The notes below the pieces were generated by a model. The model made no database searches, was not told the DNA's origin, and saw only the letters and a list, made by a program, of their open reading frames with translations. The translations under genes and the position numbers were made by a program. A stretch of DNA of 64,000 nucleotides from Antedon mediterranea. Lineage: Eukaryota > Animalia > Echinodermata. The DNA is taken from the NCBI RefSeq assembly GCF_964355755.1, contig NC_092672.1, forward strand, positions 15,190,001 to 15,254,000. Direction: 5' to 3'. Of this stretch, positions 24,864 through 38,400 are shown one piece after another; position 1 is the first letter of the stretch; every line of letters starts with the position of its first letter.

Positions 24864-26124
24864 TAATACCATGATAATAGTTTTATTAGGGTCATAAACG
24901 TTTTAGTTACCATACATTAAAATTGGAGGGTAATTTTCAAGGTTCAATTCGATTATTGGAGCAATTTGAAAATTTCAAGATTTGACCATGACCAATGACC
25001 GTGACTACCTAACTCCTTTTTATACCGATCTGCAATCACATACTATAAAGTTTTAGCTCAATCTAAGAAAGTTTTACTCACCCAATCCTCAGGATTGTTT
25101 TCCCCAGGTTTCAGCTTGATCAGAGCAATTTGAAAATGTTGAGACTTGACCTACGTCCTTGACGACCTAACCTTTTTTCTTATACCAACCTACCAATTTT
25201 GAAGACTTGGCTTGATCGAGCAATTGTTAAATTTTGCCATTACTTTTTGCATTGTATGACCTTGAGTGGTACCCTCCTTGATATTGGATTTACACTTGCC
25301 TTATTCTCAGGATTGTTTTCCCCAAGTTTCCGCTCAATCGGAGAAAATTACAGATTTTGAGATGAACTCATTTATTTTTCTAATACCGAGTTGCACCCTA
25401 GACTAGAAAAAATATATATGATTCAAATTTTACACAAAAGACTATAATACCCAGAGGCGTGATAGGCATACAAAACGTCCAATTTGTATCCCTTCCCGAC
25501 GTTCGAGTAAAAACTCACTAACAAGACACGTATGGGAAGATGAGCCGGTCTCTGGGATATTCATCTTTCAGTAGGTAACTCCGATCATCATCCCAAACTT
25601 GTGCCCGGGAATAGGTCCGACGGGAGCACTCTTGGGAATGAGTTCGGCAGGTGTTGGACAATATAGACAGGAGGAAATTAAGATGGGTCACATCCGGCTC
25701 GGAAATTTGTTGGAACTGAATTTCTTTATATAGTAAAAACCCTCAATTACGAACCTCAATTTAACAAAATCTCAATTTTACAAATGCAAATTGATGATGT
25801 CATGATAAAATACGTACGTAAAATATTTTCTAATAATTATAATATTAAGTGCAGAAAAGTTATTTTTTACTATTAAATACAAGTTTATTAATAAATGAAC
25901 TTGGCCCCATCACCATCTTGGTGTTGTTTTATGAATCAGTAATTTGATAAATTTTCAGATTTTGTGAAATAACTTGGTTACGAGAGGCTGCTGTCTGGTG
26001 ATAAAATAGTACCGTACTTAAGATCATGTACCTCAATTTTGTGTAACATGACATGAAACGTAACCCTATCTCTAAACTGTTCCCACGTGATTGACTCGCA
26101 TGTGTTTTCCCTCCAAATTCTGGT

Positions 26125-26252
26125 CGTGACGGGATTTCATGTTCAAGGGGACTGAGCTTATACCCGTGCTGCATTTTTGGATCCTCAGGTATAAGCCCAC
26201 CCCCTAAACTTGACGTGATTTCATGTTCAAGGGGGATGGGCTTATAACCGCG
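26125..26252. repeat. Short direct repeat pair (~40 bp)
   Basis: TGACG(G/T)GATTTCATGTTCAAGGGG..TG(A/G)GCTTATA occurs twice. Confidence 0.7.
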
Positions 26253-27334
26253 TCTGTACAATAATTGTATTAATTGAAAATACTATAGCATCATAATACA
26301 CAATCGTATAAATCACACCAATCTCTGAATTATGTGGTAAATAATGGTTAAAAAGTCACCAACGCATTTCATTTCATTTTCATAAACTATTTATTCGTTC
26401 CATCGATCAATATGGTAAATAAATGTGTTATTCATAATAAACCCTAACCAAGTGCCTCATATACCCCTTTTTACACTATCAACGTAACAGCGGTGTAACC
26501 CTGCAGTTGATAGTACACTGGGCGTTAAACGCTGGTGTTATGGTTTTTATTGACTGGTGTAAATGGGAAAATCCAACCACCCTGGTGTATTCTCTCCGGG
26601 GTGAAACGAAGCTGAATGTTTTCCGGTGTACCTTCTCCAGTGTAGTCGAAGCTTTTACAGCTCATTGACGTGAAAATGTAACATGTTGTCACAGAAATAC
26701 AATATATTATGCAAACAAAATAGGTTTTTTTGCTACAAATTTTTAGTTTTTTTGCTTAAAATAATAAATGTACGATATATTGTGCTGTTCGTTATTTTCT
26801 GTTAAAGGTACAAAAACATTTGTGATTTTTCTTTTCTGCTGAAAATATTTAAATTGTTTGTGTGCATGCATAATGTAATATTGGTGTAACTCTACCCTGG
26901 CCGATTCTATGTAGGCCTAATTATTAAAAAAGAAAAAAATATATATATAATACTGACATCTCAATGGATGAAAATGATATCTTTTTTAGTAACTAAAAAA
27001 GTACGGTACCATACAATAATCAATTTTCCTTCATTGATTGTTATGCTAATTGACAAATACATTTTTTCTTTTAAATACCTACCGTACCTACCCTATTTTT
27101 ACGCCAACCTAACAATTTAAGGCTTATTTAATGTATGTACAGTCTATAAGGCGGAAATGTAATAATAAATGATAATTTTAATAGCAAGAAACTTTAAAAC
27201 TGGACTATATTCAAAATTAAATAAATTGTGTGTAAATTCGGATGATTATGTTTTTATATGAGAATTGTCGATATGTTCCAGTTTTTAAACGTTTAAACCG
27301 TATAGTAGTCAATTAAGTTCCATGTGTGCGATTT

Positions 27335-27413
27335 GATTGTTAGTTAGTTTTGTTAGTTAGTGTTTACTGACCAACCATAGTGAGCTGTAGAGTCGCGTTG
27401 CACGCAACTGAAA
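27335..27413 (-). mobile_element. HINE 5' end fragment related to 54084-54803
   Basis: Minus strand reads TTTCAGTTGCGTGCAACGCGACTCTACAGCTCACTATGGTTGGTC followed by a (CTAA)n microsatellite. Confidence 0.6.
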
Positions 27414-27599
27414 GTAAACTCGAAATCAAACACTAAACTATATTATAGTCCAGACGAAGAATAATACTATTGTTACTAGTGTATATAGAAAGTGAATAAA
27501 TATTTTGATACATAACTTTTTTATCAAGTATAATTCATGAATTAAAAAAAATAATAACTTTACCCTGGCCGATTTTTCCATTTGTTTTAAAAATATTAT

Positions 27600-28190
27600 T
27601 TAAACTTTATTATTTATTTATTTATTTTTTCTTTATTCTGCAGGCATTTTCAGTATTAGTGCACTGATTTTGGTACAGTAATTGGAAATATCATTAACAA
27701 ACATAATAAAGTAAAGACAAAGAGTAATTAAAATTACTAAAAGAGAAAATATAAACTAAAAATAGAAATCAATTTTAAAAGAAAATACTTAATTTAAAAT
27801 GTTGCGTATCAATTTTATTTTGGAATGAAGTTATTGACATAGTTATTTTTAATTCATGTGGAAGTTCGTTCCAACTTTTAGATCAACGATAAGTAAAAGT
27901 CTGTTTGCCTTTACAAAAATTTCAGGTCATTAAGTAATTTTTCATTCCAAAGTACATTGAGTCAACAAGGTTATAAATATTTCCCACTAAATTGGCCCAG
28001 ACCATGTACACTAACACAATTTGGGGGTGTAATTGTTGGATATACTATATTCATTCACATTATTATTTAATATATCAAAGGCCATGATAAACCTTTGTTT
28101 TTGGTCAACAGTTTTATATTAAAAAGATTATAAGTAAGAGTAACACAAAATGATAACAATCTGCTGTTGTTCATTGTTCTCCTCTTTTAT
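27600..28190 (-). mobile_element. L2/CR1 LINE 3' fragment
   Basis: Minus-strand VWAN (about 27990-28005) and WNELPH (about 27857-27873), with an (AAAT)n-like tail near 27610-27626. Confidence 0.6.
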
Positions 28191-30283
28191 AATTCAACTG
28201 GCCATATGATGATGTCACAATTGATACGCAACATTCTTACTTGAATTTGTATCTAGAATTCAACAGCTTCCAGAAAACATTTTAATCATGGGAGTCACTT
28301 TTCATTCTGAGGAACTATAGTATTGAAATTTACTGTAAGGATGAAATCCACAGAAAGTTGATTCTTAATATGAATTCAATTTTAGTCTATCATCAATCAT
28401 TAAAATTCATAAAATCGCTCGTAAGTCAGGTTGCACAAATCTGAGGTTTAAAAGAAAATAGGAGGTGCACAACTTCATGTAAATGTCGATATGTTGTGAT
28501 ATTTTCTGTTTAGACGTTTTAGAGAAACGTGATGCACAAAAAGGAAGAAAGAAAGACGAATAATTCAGAAAAAAAAACCCAATGCAATAACAAGGAGTTA
28601 TCCGCATATTGCAGATAACTAATAGAGATATAGTAGTAGTAGACATTCTGGTTAGAATATATACCATCAAATTCATTATTTGCAATCTAGAAATTTACAA
28701 CTCACAAATGAAAGATCAAATTTAAAAAAAAAACTTAAAGAAAAAAATCATGATTTACTCAATTAATTTATTATAATTACATTTTTTACTGAAAACCTTA
28801 CAATTTCTATGCTTTGTCTGTACACAAAATATATTTAAAAAAATGAAGTGGTGGATAGATGGTTTGATAAAACCTACAATGAAGCAAATGGTAATGGCTA
28901 ACATATAGGCAATCAATCAATATTGAAGTTTGCACAATGAGAGTTGTTCTAACAACTTTAATGCTTTGTTTTAATCTGTGACCATAACTTCAGTAAATAT
29001 CTTTACAGTGCTAAATGTGGAATTGTCTACATTGTAAAAATAGCACACAAAGAGTTATTCAATAAGTATTTGCAATCAATAGTGCAATTACATAAATGAT
29101 CTGTTTACATTACTTCTACTAATGAGCATTTTGCTTGTGAGCTACTCTGCAAACAAAACCTGCTCTAAGTGGTTTTCTGCATGATAGCAGTATGAGTATG
29201 CACTTATAATCTTCTACATTTGTGTGGTTTCCTTAAATCCTATAGCAACCAATGATTGATTATCATTAACAAAATGTGTTAAAAGTTCTAGTCCATTGCC
29301 ATTTCTAAACTTGTGAACTGTTTTATTCTATAAATATGTAAGTATCAAAACAAATTTTTTTTTATATACACTTATATAGCAAGTTGTTTTGTATAAGTTC
29401 TTGATTATAAAGATGGGGTAACCCACCTATCCCACTACTACAAACAGCTCTGTGATTTGTGTGCCTAAAACAGTTAAAAATTGGATGCAAATAGAATGCC
29501 TATGTTTTAAAATAAATTTTCAAAAATTAAAAAATGAATGTACAATAAATGCATGCTTACATTTTGTCAAACATTTAGATTTAAATGTTGAATTGTTTCT
29601 CCTAAAGAAAGGTTAAACAATCATAGTCCAGATCAGTCGCACATTTCGGTAAATACAATAAAACGTTAAAAGCTTTGAAATGTGCTTCTAACAAATCCTA
29701 TTCCGTAATTAAGAACTCCTGTAGTTTTTGCATTTTAGGTCAAATTGCTTCAAAATAATGGATAAGAATTCTACTGTTTTTGTAAACACTTAGGCCTCCT
29801 ATATTATGAGACTAAAGTGTTAGAAATTTACACGATTTTCTTATTTGTCAAGTTCCTATTCAATTATATTTTGCTAGTATGTAGTGAAATTACTAATTTT
29901 GTAAATGAAACTGAACATATACAATACAAGTTATTTTTAAATAAACCTTGATCATCATTTAGGGTTTAATTTAAATAAATACAATCTTTCTTAAAATGTT
30001 GATTGTCTTAGACATTCCATCTAGTTTGAAACACTATGAAAACTTTTCAGATTACAAGAATTATAATTCTCAGCATGGACACTTGTAAATAAAAAACATG
30101 GACTACATTAGAAATATTGATTTTTTTTATAATATAAAGATGCAAATTGATCGTTATTGAGTTTGCATCATGATATTTTCATACCATATTTTTTTTAGAT
30201 ATTGTTCACATATTATTCATTCATTCAATGTTCATTGAAGATTCTGGAATTGTATTTACATTATTTATACTGATTTTGATTCA

Positions 30284-31570
30284 TCATACATACACAGATC
30301 GACTAGTTGCATAATGTGATTGGCTTCCTTTATCCGAGCCTGGAACTTCCATATAGAATGGTTCGGAATCAGGTCCACCAGGTACTTGTATGCCTACGTG
30401 ACGTTTTCCTGTACTAGTAGAACTACCCATTATGTTATCCTTTGGTTCAAAATAGATGTCTGGTTGGGGAATAACACCCCCTGTGTAATCTAATGGGTGA
30501 CGTGGAGTTGGCGTTAACATCACAAAGTAGCAAAGCGCTGCAGCAATTAAGAATGATACAAAAAGTAAGCTAACACCAACAATTGCCAGTATAGTCGAAT
30601 CTTGATTTTTTGTAGGCGGTTCCATTGATCCAAGCTTTTTAGGTATAGCTCTAGCTGTTGGACTTGTACTTGCAATCTCCACTGTTAAATTTGCTTTTCC
30701 TCGTCCAATACTATTTTCTACTTCACACGTTATAAGAATTCCTTCATCAGATTTAGAAAATATTAAGTGAATTACCATTTCATTTTCTTTCAAGATTTCA
30801 TGATAAAGTGGTCTGTCAAAAGACCAACGATATTTTTTATCATCTGGATCAGCTTCAGCAAAGCAGATAAGAACTACTTCAGTATCAATTTGAAAAGGCA
30901 AATCTGCTTGTAGTTTGACTACAGGCTTGTACAAAACTTGTATTTTTCCACTTGTACAGGTTCGCTGCATTATCCTTGTTAAGTTCATTGTCATTTGACA
31001 GGTTATTGTTCCTTCTTCATGACGTCTTTCCACTTGGAATGTATGTTTAATACACTGTAGTTGATCACGAGAATATCTTTCCGATTCTATTCCAACCCAA
31101 GTTAATAATGGCATTGGTTTGATTACTTCACAGCAACATTCCACTGTAACTTCTTCACCAACAGTAGCTGGATTCTTATCTAATTCACATGTAGGATAAG
31201 TATCATGAGGTACCTCAAGAATCGTTGGTAATGTCAATTTTTTGCATCTTTCGTTTCCACCCTCTCCATAACAACATTGAAAATTATAATTGGCATCTTC
31301 AATTTTAATTTTTTTAATTTTTAATGTTAGCAAACTAGCATCTTCAAAAAATTCAACTTGATAGTTGCTATCTACCCCTATTTCAATAATTTTGCCATCC
31401 TTTTTCCAGTTCCAAATACTACTTTTTTCTAAATTTGTTGTACAATAAAATAATTCTTCTTCTCCTTCTATTATTGGTTCAAGCATATTTGATATTATTC
31501 TAATTTTGTCTACACAAGATACACGTGTCATCATAACCACAACCAATAAATTAATTAAAATCATTTTCAT
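30284..31570 (-). CDS. Type I membrane Ig-superfamily receptor (signal peptide, 3 Ig domains, TM, Tyr-containing tail); nectin/CADM/Kirre-like architecture
   Basis: 428-aa uninterrupted ORF in AT-rich DNA with a hydrophobic N-terminus. D1: FYC..WNWKKDG..LTLKI..EDANYNFQC. D2: GEEVTVEC..PMPLLTW..ITCQM. D3: YKPVV..VVLICFAEADP..YRWSF..ITCEVENSIG. TM ILAIVGVSLLFVSFLIAAALCYFVML. Tail contains YFEP, YMEV and C-terminal SVYV. Confidence 0.92.
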   Translation of the reverse strand: MKMILINLLVVVMMTRVSCVDKIRIISNMLEPIIEGEEELFYCTTNLEKSSIWNWKKDGKIIEIGVDSNYQVEFFEDASLLTLKIKKIKIEDANYNFQCCYGEGGNERCKKLTLPTILEVPHDTYPTCELDKNPATVGEEVTVECCCEVIKPMPLLTWVGIESERYSRDQLQCIKHTFQVERRHEEGTITCQMTMNLTRIMQRTCTSGKIQVLYKPVVKLQADLPFQIDTEVVLICFAEADPDDKKYRWSFDRPLYHEILKENEMVIHLIFSKSDEGILITCEVENSIGRGKANLTVEIASTSPTARAIPKKLGSMEPPTKNQDSTILAIVGVSLLFVSFLIAAALCYFVMLTPTPRHPLDYTGGVIPQPDIYFEPKDNIMGSSTSTGKRHVGIQVPGGPDSEPFYMEVPGSDKGSQSHYATSRSVYV

Positions 31571-32689
31571 TTGTTACAGTTTTATTAGAAATTGATTAAT
31601 TAATGTACCTTTAGCAAGAGGAGAAATAATTTTTCAAGTTTTAATTTGTAAAACAACTTTTGTTGGTATTTGTATGATATAAGCAACAAAAAGTTGATTC
31701 ACATATCTGTAGTAGTCTTTTGGAGTACTGATATCCAAGTAACGTTTCAGTGATCAGTAAGCATGGCTCGTTAGATACTTGATAGCGAGTGACAATTGTA
31801 ACCACAATACTTCATTTAATAATCACAGTTGGATAATCAATTAACTTTCAAAGTAAATCAGCTTATATCCTCTGGGAACAAGTCACACTATAGAAATGAA
31901 AAGATGAAAACACTATGAATATATAATTAGTTAATAATAAATCATTCATTTATTGGTTTAATAAAGTTCAACAATTTTCCTTTGCATCTAGGTGTTGTAT
32001 GATATTTCATTGCCTTTTTCTTTATTTTTATATTGTTGATAAAATTAAAACGACAATAATGTCATAATATCAGTAATGGTAGGATTCATTTATTGATAAT
32101 ATACAAGATTAATTTTGCAATATTTAAATTATTATTATTATTATGTTGGCAATTTTCCAACTGCAATTCAATATACTATAAACCTACTATATAAGTTTAT
32201 TAAGGTACAAACTTATGCCATGGTGAGGGTAATTTTTCATTGGACTAATAATATTATTATGATTTTAAAGATGTTTCACCATAACTTGGTATTATTCTAC
32301 AAGGCCATTTTGACATAATTGTTATTAGAAAAAAGGAACTACTAAGAATATATACAGTACATATGGGTAAAACACCTATCAATAAATAAATATAAATTTT
32401 GCAAAGAATTACAACAAATAAATATCAAAATGAAGCAAAAACCATTACTTTATAAAATGTTAAATATTTTAACAGTAGGTGGATTTCCACAACATTGTAC
32501 CATGATAAGTAGACTTTTATTTTATACTCTGTGTTTAGATGAACAACATTTAGTATATCTTTCGACCTTCGGATTATTTCGTGTTTTAATGGGAAAAATG
32601 TTCAGTAAGATAGGATGGTATTAAGTTGTTATATTTAATATTACCTTTGACTATATGTTTCGCATCCACGGGACATACATCATAAGTTA

Positions 32690-34200
32690 TAGTTGGGGAG
32701 CCAAAAAGGTATTACCTGCACCCTCCTAGCAAACTATTTTAACAACGTTTTTTTGTTTTCTTATATCAATACAAATCAACTTGTTTTGCTGTTGGTCCAA
32801 AAAAGCTGGGATGCTTGATCAGTACAGGGGCCAAACGGTCAATATTGTCAAAAATATGACTTTGCGTAACTTGGTAACTACTGTAATCACCTGTCTCACC
32901 TGTCTTGTCGGGCTCGTAAGTAGACCATACATTTCTGTATGGTACATTGGAATATTTTATGTGCTATACTAGCCACTACTGGTCAGAAAATGATAATTAT
33001 GGTCTTATATTACTCACAAAGTATATGTTTACATTTATTCTAATGTAATAAAAATCATAAAACTGTCAATAAACCCTTAATTTTGACCTTTGACATATAT
33101 CTGGCACAAACATTTTTGGCTTAGAGCACACTTTTCATATCCCAGAAATTGCTGGGCGGATATGGTTGTAGTTGGTGTCTACATTGTAAAATTATTAATA
33201 TTTAGTTTTAGTTTTCATTAAAATCACATATACTGAGTAGTATCGTGTTTAAGGTTTACTGTGCAATTTCATAACAAACATGGTAAGCTTCTTAATTAGT
33301 ATTAGTTATAAATTATTATAAGGAAAAAAGGAGGACAAGTAAATAAAAAATCTTCTTTATAATGATTTGTTTTTATTTTTTCAGTATACTATATAGCAAT
33401 TGTCATTCATTTACCGGAGTTCTTTAAAATTGTTAAACAGTGATTAGGTTAGATTGTAATTATAATACTAAATATTAATAATGATCTTCGAGATTTAACT
33501 GTAATGTTATTCATTAGAATGAATAGAATTATGTATCCACTTAGTAGGACTTCCGATACAAAGTATCCATAGTATGTACCATACTCACACAACAGTCACT
33601 GATATGTTGATATTGACAGTATTCGCTAGTTATTAAAAATGTAAGTGTGCTCCATGCAAACATTTTGTACTAGCTAAGGTTAAAATGTAAAAATAAAGTG
33701 TTTTTTAACATTCTGTGTATTTCTGAAATATTGATATGGCCATTGTCTTGACCAATGGTAAAAAGTTTCATGGTCATTTTTGGCAAAACTTGTCCATTAA
33801 AGTGAATAGCAATATGTATCTTCTGAGTATTGTGACACCAACTGCGGCCATATCCGCTCAACAATTGATGAAAAGTGTTTTATGATTTTTATTACATTAG
33901 AACAAATATAAACATATATTTTGCGAGTAATTTGATATTCATATAGCGAATTTCTTGACCAGGGCTGGGTCAGAAAAGGGGTTTCTGTCCACTTTTGGCA
34001 AAAGTTACCAATTAGAGTGAATAGAAATATGGGTCTTCTGAGTAGTTTGGTACAAAAAATATTCCAATAAACCGAGTACTGTAGTTACCAATTTTTTTTC
34101 AGCCAACAGCAATGATTTGTTTTGATATATGGAAGCAAAAACACATTGTTAACATAGTTTGCTAGAGGGTGCAGGTAACCCCTTTCTGCCTCCCCAACTA
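32690..34200. mobile_element. Long-TIR non-autonomous DNA transposon (Academ-like; Harbinger alternative)
   Basis: Termini TAGTTGGGGAG and CTCCCCAACTA with 3-bp TSD TTA. Inverted homology extends about 400-500 bp (e.g. 33010-33065 versus 33875-33930; 33155-33180 versus 33833-33860). Confidence 0.8.
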
Positions 34201-34911
34201 TTAGTAAGTGTAATTGCAGAAGTTTAAGCTAATTTTCTAAATAGCACCCTTTGGGCTGTTTGCAAATTCTCCAGCTATCCAGCATTGTAGATTTGAAATC
34301 GAATGAAACCCCAATAGCCGAGTTGTTGAGTAAGCTGCCAGGACTTTATGTATACTGTGCGATATCTGTGTCCCGTCAGGACCCTGGGATACTTCTGCCC
34401 ATGTTGCAAGCCGTCTAAATGTCTTCCTTCTTAGGCCACTGTGTCGCGGAATAATGTATTAATTATACCAATTAGGATGGTATTTATTTGAAAACGCCCG
34501 GAACACCTCCCCAATAAAACATCAATTAAAATAATTATCTCGCTACTCAACCCCCACCCCCCCCCCCCCCCCCTCACCCCAAATTCATCTAATAAACGCC
34601 CATCCACATTTATACACACAATATTGCATTATATTTATAACACAATTATACTATTTTTAGTAGATTTCTTCGGACTGTTTTACAATTTACCAAGCATTTG
34701 ATATTCTTTTTTACCACTTTTCATATCTACAATAAACACTATACGCCTAAAACGCTATTAATCATCTTAGGTTAGTGAGTACGTTTAGTTTTACGAATAT
34801 CAAAAGCATTTAAATAATGGTAACCGACCGAAATTGTCCAGGCCAGAATGTCCTTCTAAAACTGTTTGTGTCCCGAGTCATTATCATTCCGAGAACCATC
34901 GTCTACACTTC

Positions 34912-34949
34912 CTAGAGGGGGAGCGAGCGAAGCGAGCTCACCCTCTAGT
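34912..34949. repeat. CTAG-bounded hairpin (Helitron/Helentron 3' end-like)
   Basis: CTAGAGGG-GGAGCGAGCGAAGCGAGCTCA-CCCTCTAG; a similar hairpin lies at 46891-46929. Confidence 0.6.
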
Positions 34950-35079
34950 TGTTATAATTATTTAGGTTTGTACATAAATTTAGGTTTGTACATGAACACC
35001 TTTATGATCACAATATATCAGTAATACTACTGAATTATGTAATTTGACTTAGATTATATATAATAGTTTACTAATATCA

Positions 35080-35400
35080 GTAGATGTGCTCTATGTTTTA
35101 GCTATCAGGTACTGCCAACTTAGTATTGTGTGCATATCAACTTTCCATGTCCTACGATTAACTCTGAGGATCAATGTTGAAGCTCTGCTTGTAAATTGTT
35201 TAGTAACCCTATCCCCGGAATTTCCCCAAACAACATCTGCATAATCAAACATCAGCATTACTAATCCCCTATAAATAAAATGCAGTGTTTTAACATTAAA
35301 AAATCTTCTAATTCCTAAATGCTTATATTTCGTGACATTTTCAATGGCAGTGTTCTCAATACATGATGTTAATCAGCGTGTTTTAATCTAATGTTTATTC
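35080..35400 (-). mobile_element. L2/CR1 LINE RT C-terminal fragment
   Basis: Minus strand reads MFDYADVVWG at about 35223-35252. Confidence 0.7.
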
Positions 35401-37579
35401 CAAAAAGCATTGTTTTTGTTTTACTTACAGTATGTTAAGTTTTAATTTACATTGTGATCAATGTCAAGATAGACTGTCTAACATACACCAACATTTATTT
35501 GTATGACGTAGGTGTATTGGTCATATGCTAATGTGCTTCTCAACACGTGCCAGCGTACTGTGCAAATTTTCTTTGGATACGCTGCCATTAAGTTTTTATT
35601 TGAGGGATAATTGGGTACTTTATTGGGGACAAATTCTTTAAGAAAGAATATGTTTCTTATAAAGGTAAAAAACTGTGTTAATTCCTAGTGATGATTATTT
35701 TGGTACAGGAAACATGTGTTTATAACCAATATTGGTCTATCTTGGTAATCTTGATTTCATCATCTTGTTGAGATTTTTACAGACCAGCTAATTAATAATA
35801 GATTAATAGATGCATTCAAATTTGAAAAATATACATCTCTGATGTACACTGCATTGTTTAATTTTAAATACAGATTATCCCCTTTATTCAGTATTTTAAT
35901 TTAATTACCATACAGAGTATGGTTCATTATTTTATAAATCCCATCAATAATTTATAAACATTTATCTACAATTTAAATAATGAATATATTTAACTTTAAA
36001 AACATTAAACCAGGTCATTCCTTATCTTAAATGTATGTTCTAAGGTTAATTGTTAAGAAAAACATGCACTACCCGAGTAAATATTACCTAGGCTTAGTTT
36101 TGTAGGCCTAGGTGGTAAAGAGTGGTAACGTAGGCTAGGTCTAGCCTGACGTTGTCTCGTTGCTGAATTAATTGTCTTTCCCCTTTCAAAATTGGGAGAA
36201 CCCTGGTATTTTCTCTGAAAATAATAATTATTATTATTTTTTTTCCCCTTTACGATCGGTCAATGGGTGCATCACATAAACAATATGGATTCCACTCTGC
36301 TGCACTCCGTTCGTGGCATAGAACCATTCCCCATTCAATACAAACATTTATTTTTCTTTTTGTGGCATGCACCACTTTTATTCAATTTCATTCAATAATA
36401 AAATGTTGCTGTGAGTACCAACATGAATATTTTGAGGTTGGCATCTTTCTGTTTAACATTTTTTTTTAAAGAGTCCAGTGATTTACGCTCTCATTTGCCT
36501 TGAAGCGTTAGGAAAGCATACATATACAGGGCTATTTTGCCGAGTATAAAATTCAATAACCTGTTCTAAGACAAATATACTGTACATGTATCTGTAGAAT
36601 GAGCCGATTTAAACGCAGACTGATGGTCAGTTGGCGTAATGCTATCTCTGGACAATTGAATTAATACAAATTCTAGTACATTAGATATCACACTAGCTAA
36701 AGCTATTGGGCTAAATTACTTTTACTCGTAATATCACCTGATTTAGATTATCAATTTGATAGGTCTGTATTAAAAGCGCTATGAAAATGTATTACTAGCT
36801 TCAACTCAAAATGAGATTTTACTATCTTAGCTTTTTTACTATATTTTGGCAAAAGATTTATTTCAAATTAAATTAACAGATATTGCGTTTTTTATTTAGA
36901 TAAGATGCACAAATATTTTCAAATTGCTAAAACCGGTATTCTGTACATTCATTACAAAAAGCAAAGTAATTGTGAATACAAATTAATGTTAGTGTTGCAA
37001 TATTTTGAGATACTCATCGATCATACAAATTAATACAAAAATAAAATGTTTTGATAAGAAATGTAGATGTTTAAGCCTTTGGGGTTTTAGCCCAATTAAG
37101 CCATAAAGATTTCTGTAATTAAAGTACCATTCTCTATGTTTTTTTAGATCTAATTTAAGGTCACAAACTACATTTAATGTTAAAATAAATACTATATTGT
37201 CCTATGGTCTTTTAACAGTTAAAAATGTGAAAAATAGGATGTGACCCGCTATAAATCCCCACATGCATTGCGCATGTATTGATAATGTCGTTTCTTTCGA
37301 TCGATACATGCCACACTCCCGTTTTGGCAGAGAGACTCCCATATTTTAGACTCATCTCCCAGCCTAATATTGTGCTCTCGGTTTTCTAAATTTTCTCCCA
37401 GATTACAAAGAAAACTGAATGTTTATGTGTACATGTTGTTTTTGCATTAAAATGTAACAAAAAGCCTTATACACAAGCACATTTTTGATATTTGTACGAC
37501 CATCTGTGGTCATAATCTTCTCCTATTTTAGGTAGTGCATTGTTTCACTCTCTCCTCCCTTACACATCAAAAATTGTAT

Positions 37580-38400
37580 GGAACAGGCCTTTAATACTTA
37601 GCATCATCATTGTTCTAATTATTAAGCTAACCTTTTATATTAGAAATAATTTAGTAGTAGTGTATAAGTAGTGCTTGAATTTAGTGGCAATTTGAGATGG
37701 ATCAATAATTTTGGTACCATTTTCTGTAAAATAATAAGGTAGTGTGTTTGTGGTGTTTTTGTATTCATGTAGTTATGGGTTGGGTCCAGGTTAAAGTCAC
37801 CACAGACAGTCGGACATTACCTATTTATTATTGAACATATGCAGGTGCGGGGGAAGGTGGTAGGTAGGCCTAGTAAATTTGGATAATGTACGCTCGCGAT
37901 TTTGTGTATAACTTAATATTAGCTTATATAGCACCCTCTATATATAATTGTTAATTATTGTAACACGCCCTCTATTGTTTAAATTTCATTTTTTCAACTT
38001 GGGAAATCATAATTTTGGTTTGTTAGTAAATTTATGTTGCTTCTTATTTTGAGATTTAGTTCATCTGAGATGTAAAGGACAACTCCCTCACCTCTTCTAC
38101 TTGTACGGTTAGATTTTATCATTGTGTTTCCTTTGATATGAGTGAGTAGAGATGGTAAATTTTTAATGTCATCCAACCAGGTTTCACTAAAACCTATAAT
38201 ATAATAGAGACGTTATGATTTAGAGTAAGGAGATAATTTGTAATGGAATTAAAATTTGTTATAAGGCTTCAGGAGTTTATGAAGTATACTGAGATCAGAA
38301 TTTTTGTTAAATGAATCACTTATAGTATATTTACCGCATTTATTATTTCATTATTATAGTCGTAATCATTAATAAAAAAAAATGTTTGGAGATTAGACTA
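37580..38400 (-). mobile_element. LINE ORF2 fragment (AP endonuclease)
   Basis: IIGFSETWLDD at about 38168-38200 and RRGEGVVLYI in ORF 37994-38176. Confidence 0.75.

Noticed and set aside
23603-24913. 436-aa Cys-rich repeat ORF (SDHRDIVNYCILC)n as a real protein
   Set aside because: It arises because the 39-bp unit is a multiple of 3 and lacks stops in one frame. There is no synonymous variation between units, and the unit is explained by a non-coding micro-element.
25929-26261. 110-aa ORF with repeated GYKxxPLEHEI
   Set aside because: It reflects a DNA direct repeat; no domain similarity is recognisable.
34210-34430. Possible core/Deu-type SINE
   Set aside because: The GC-richer segment is suggestive, but I could not match it confidently without a database.
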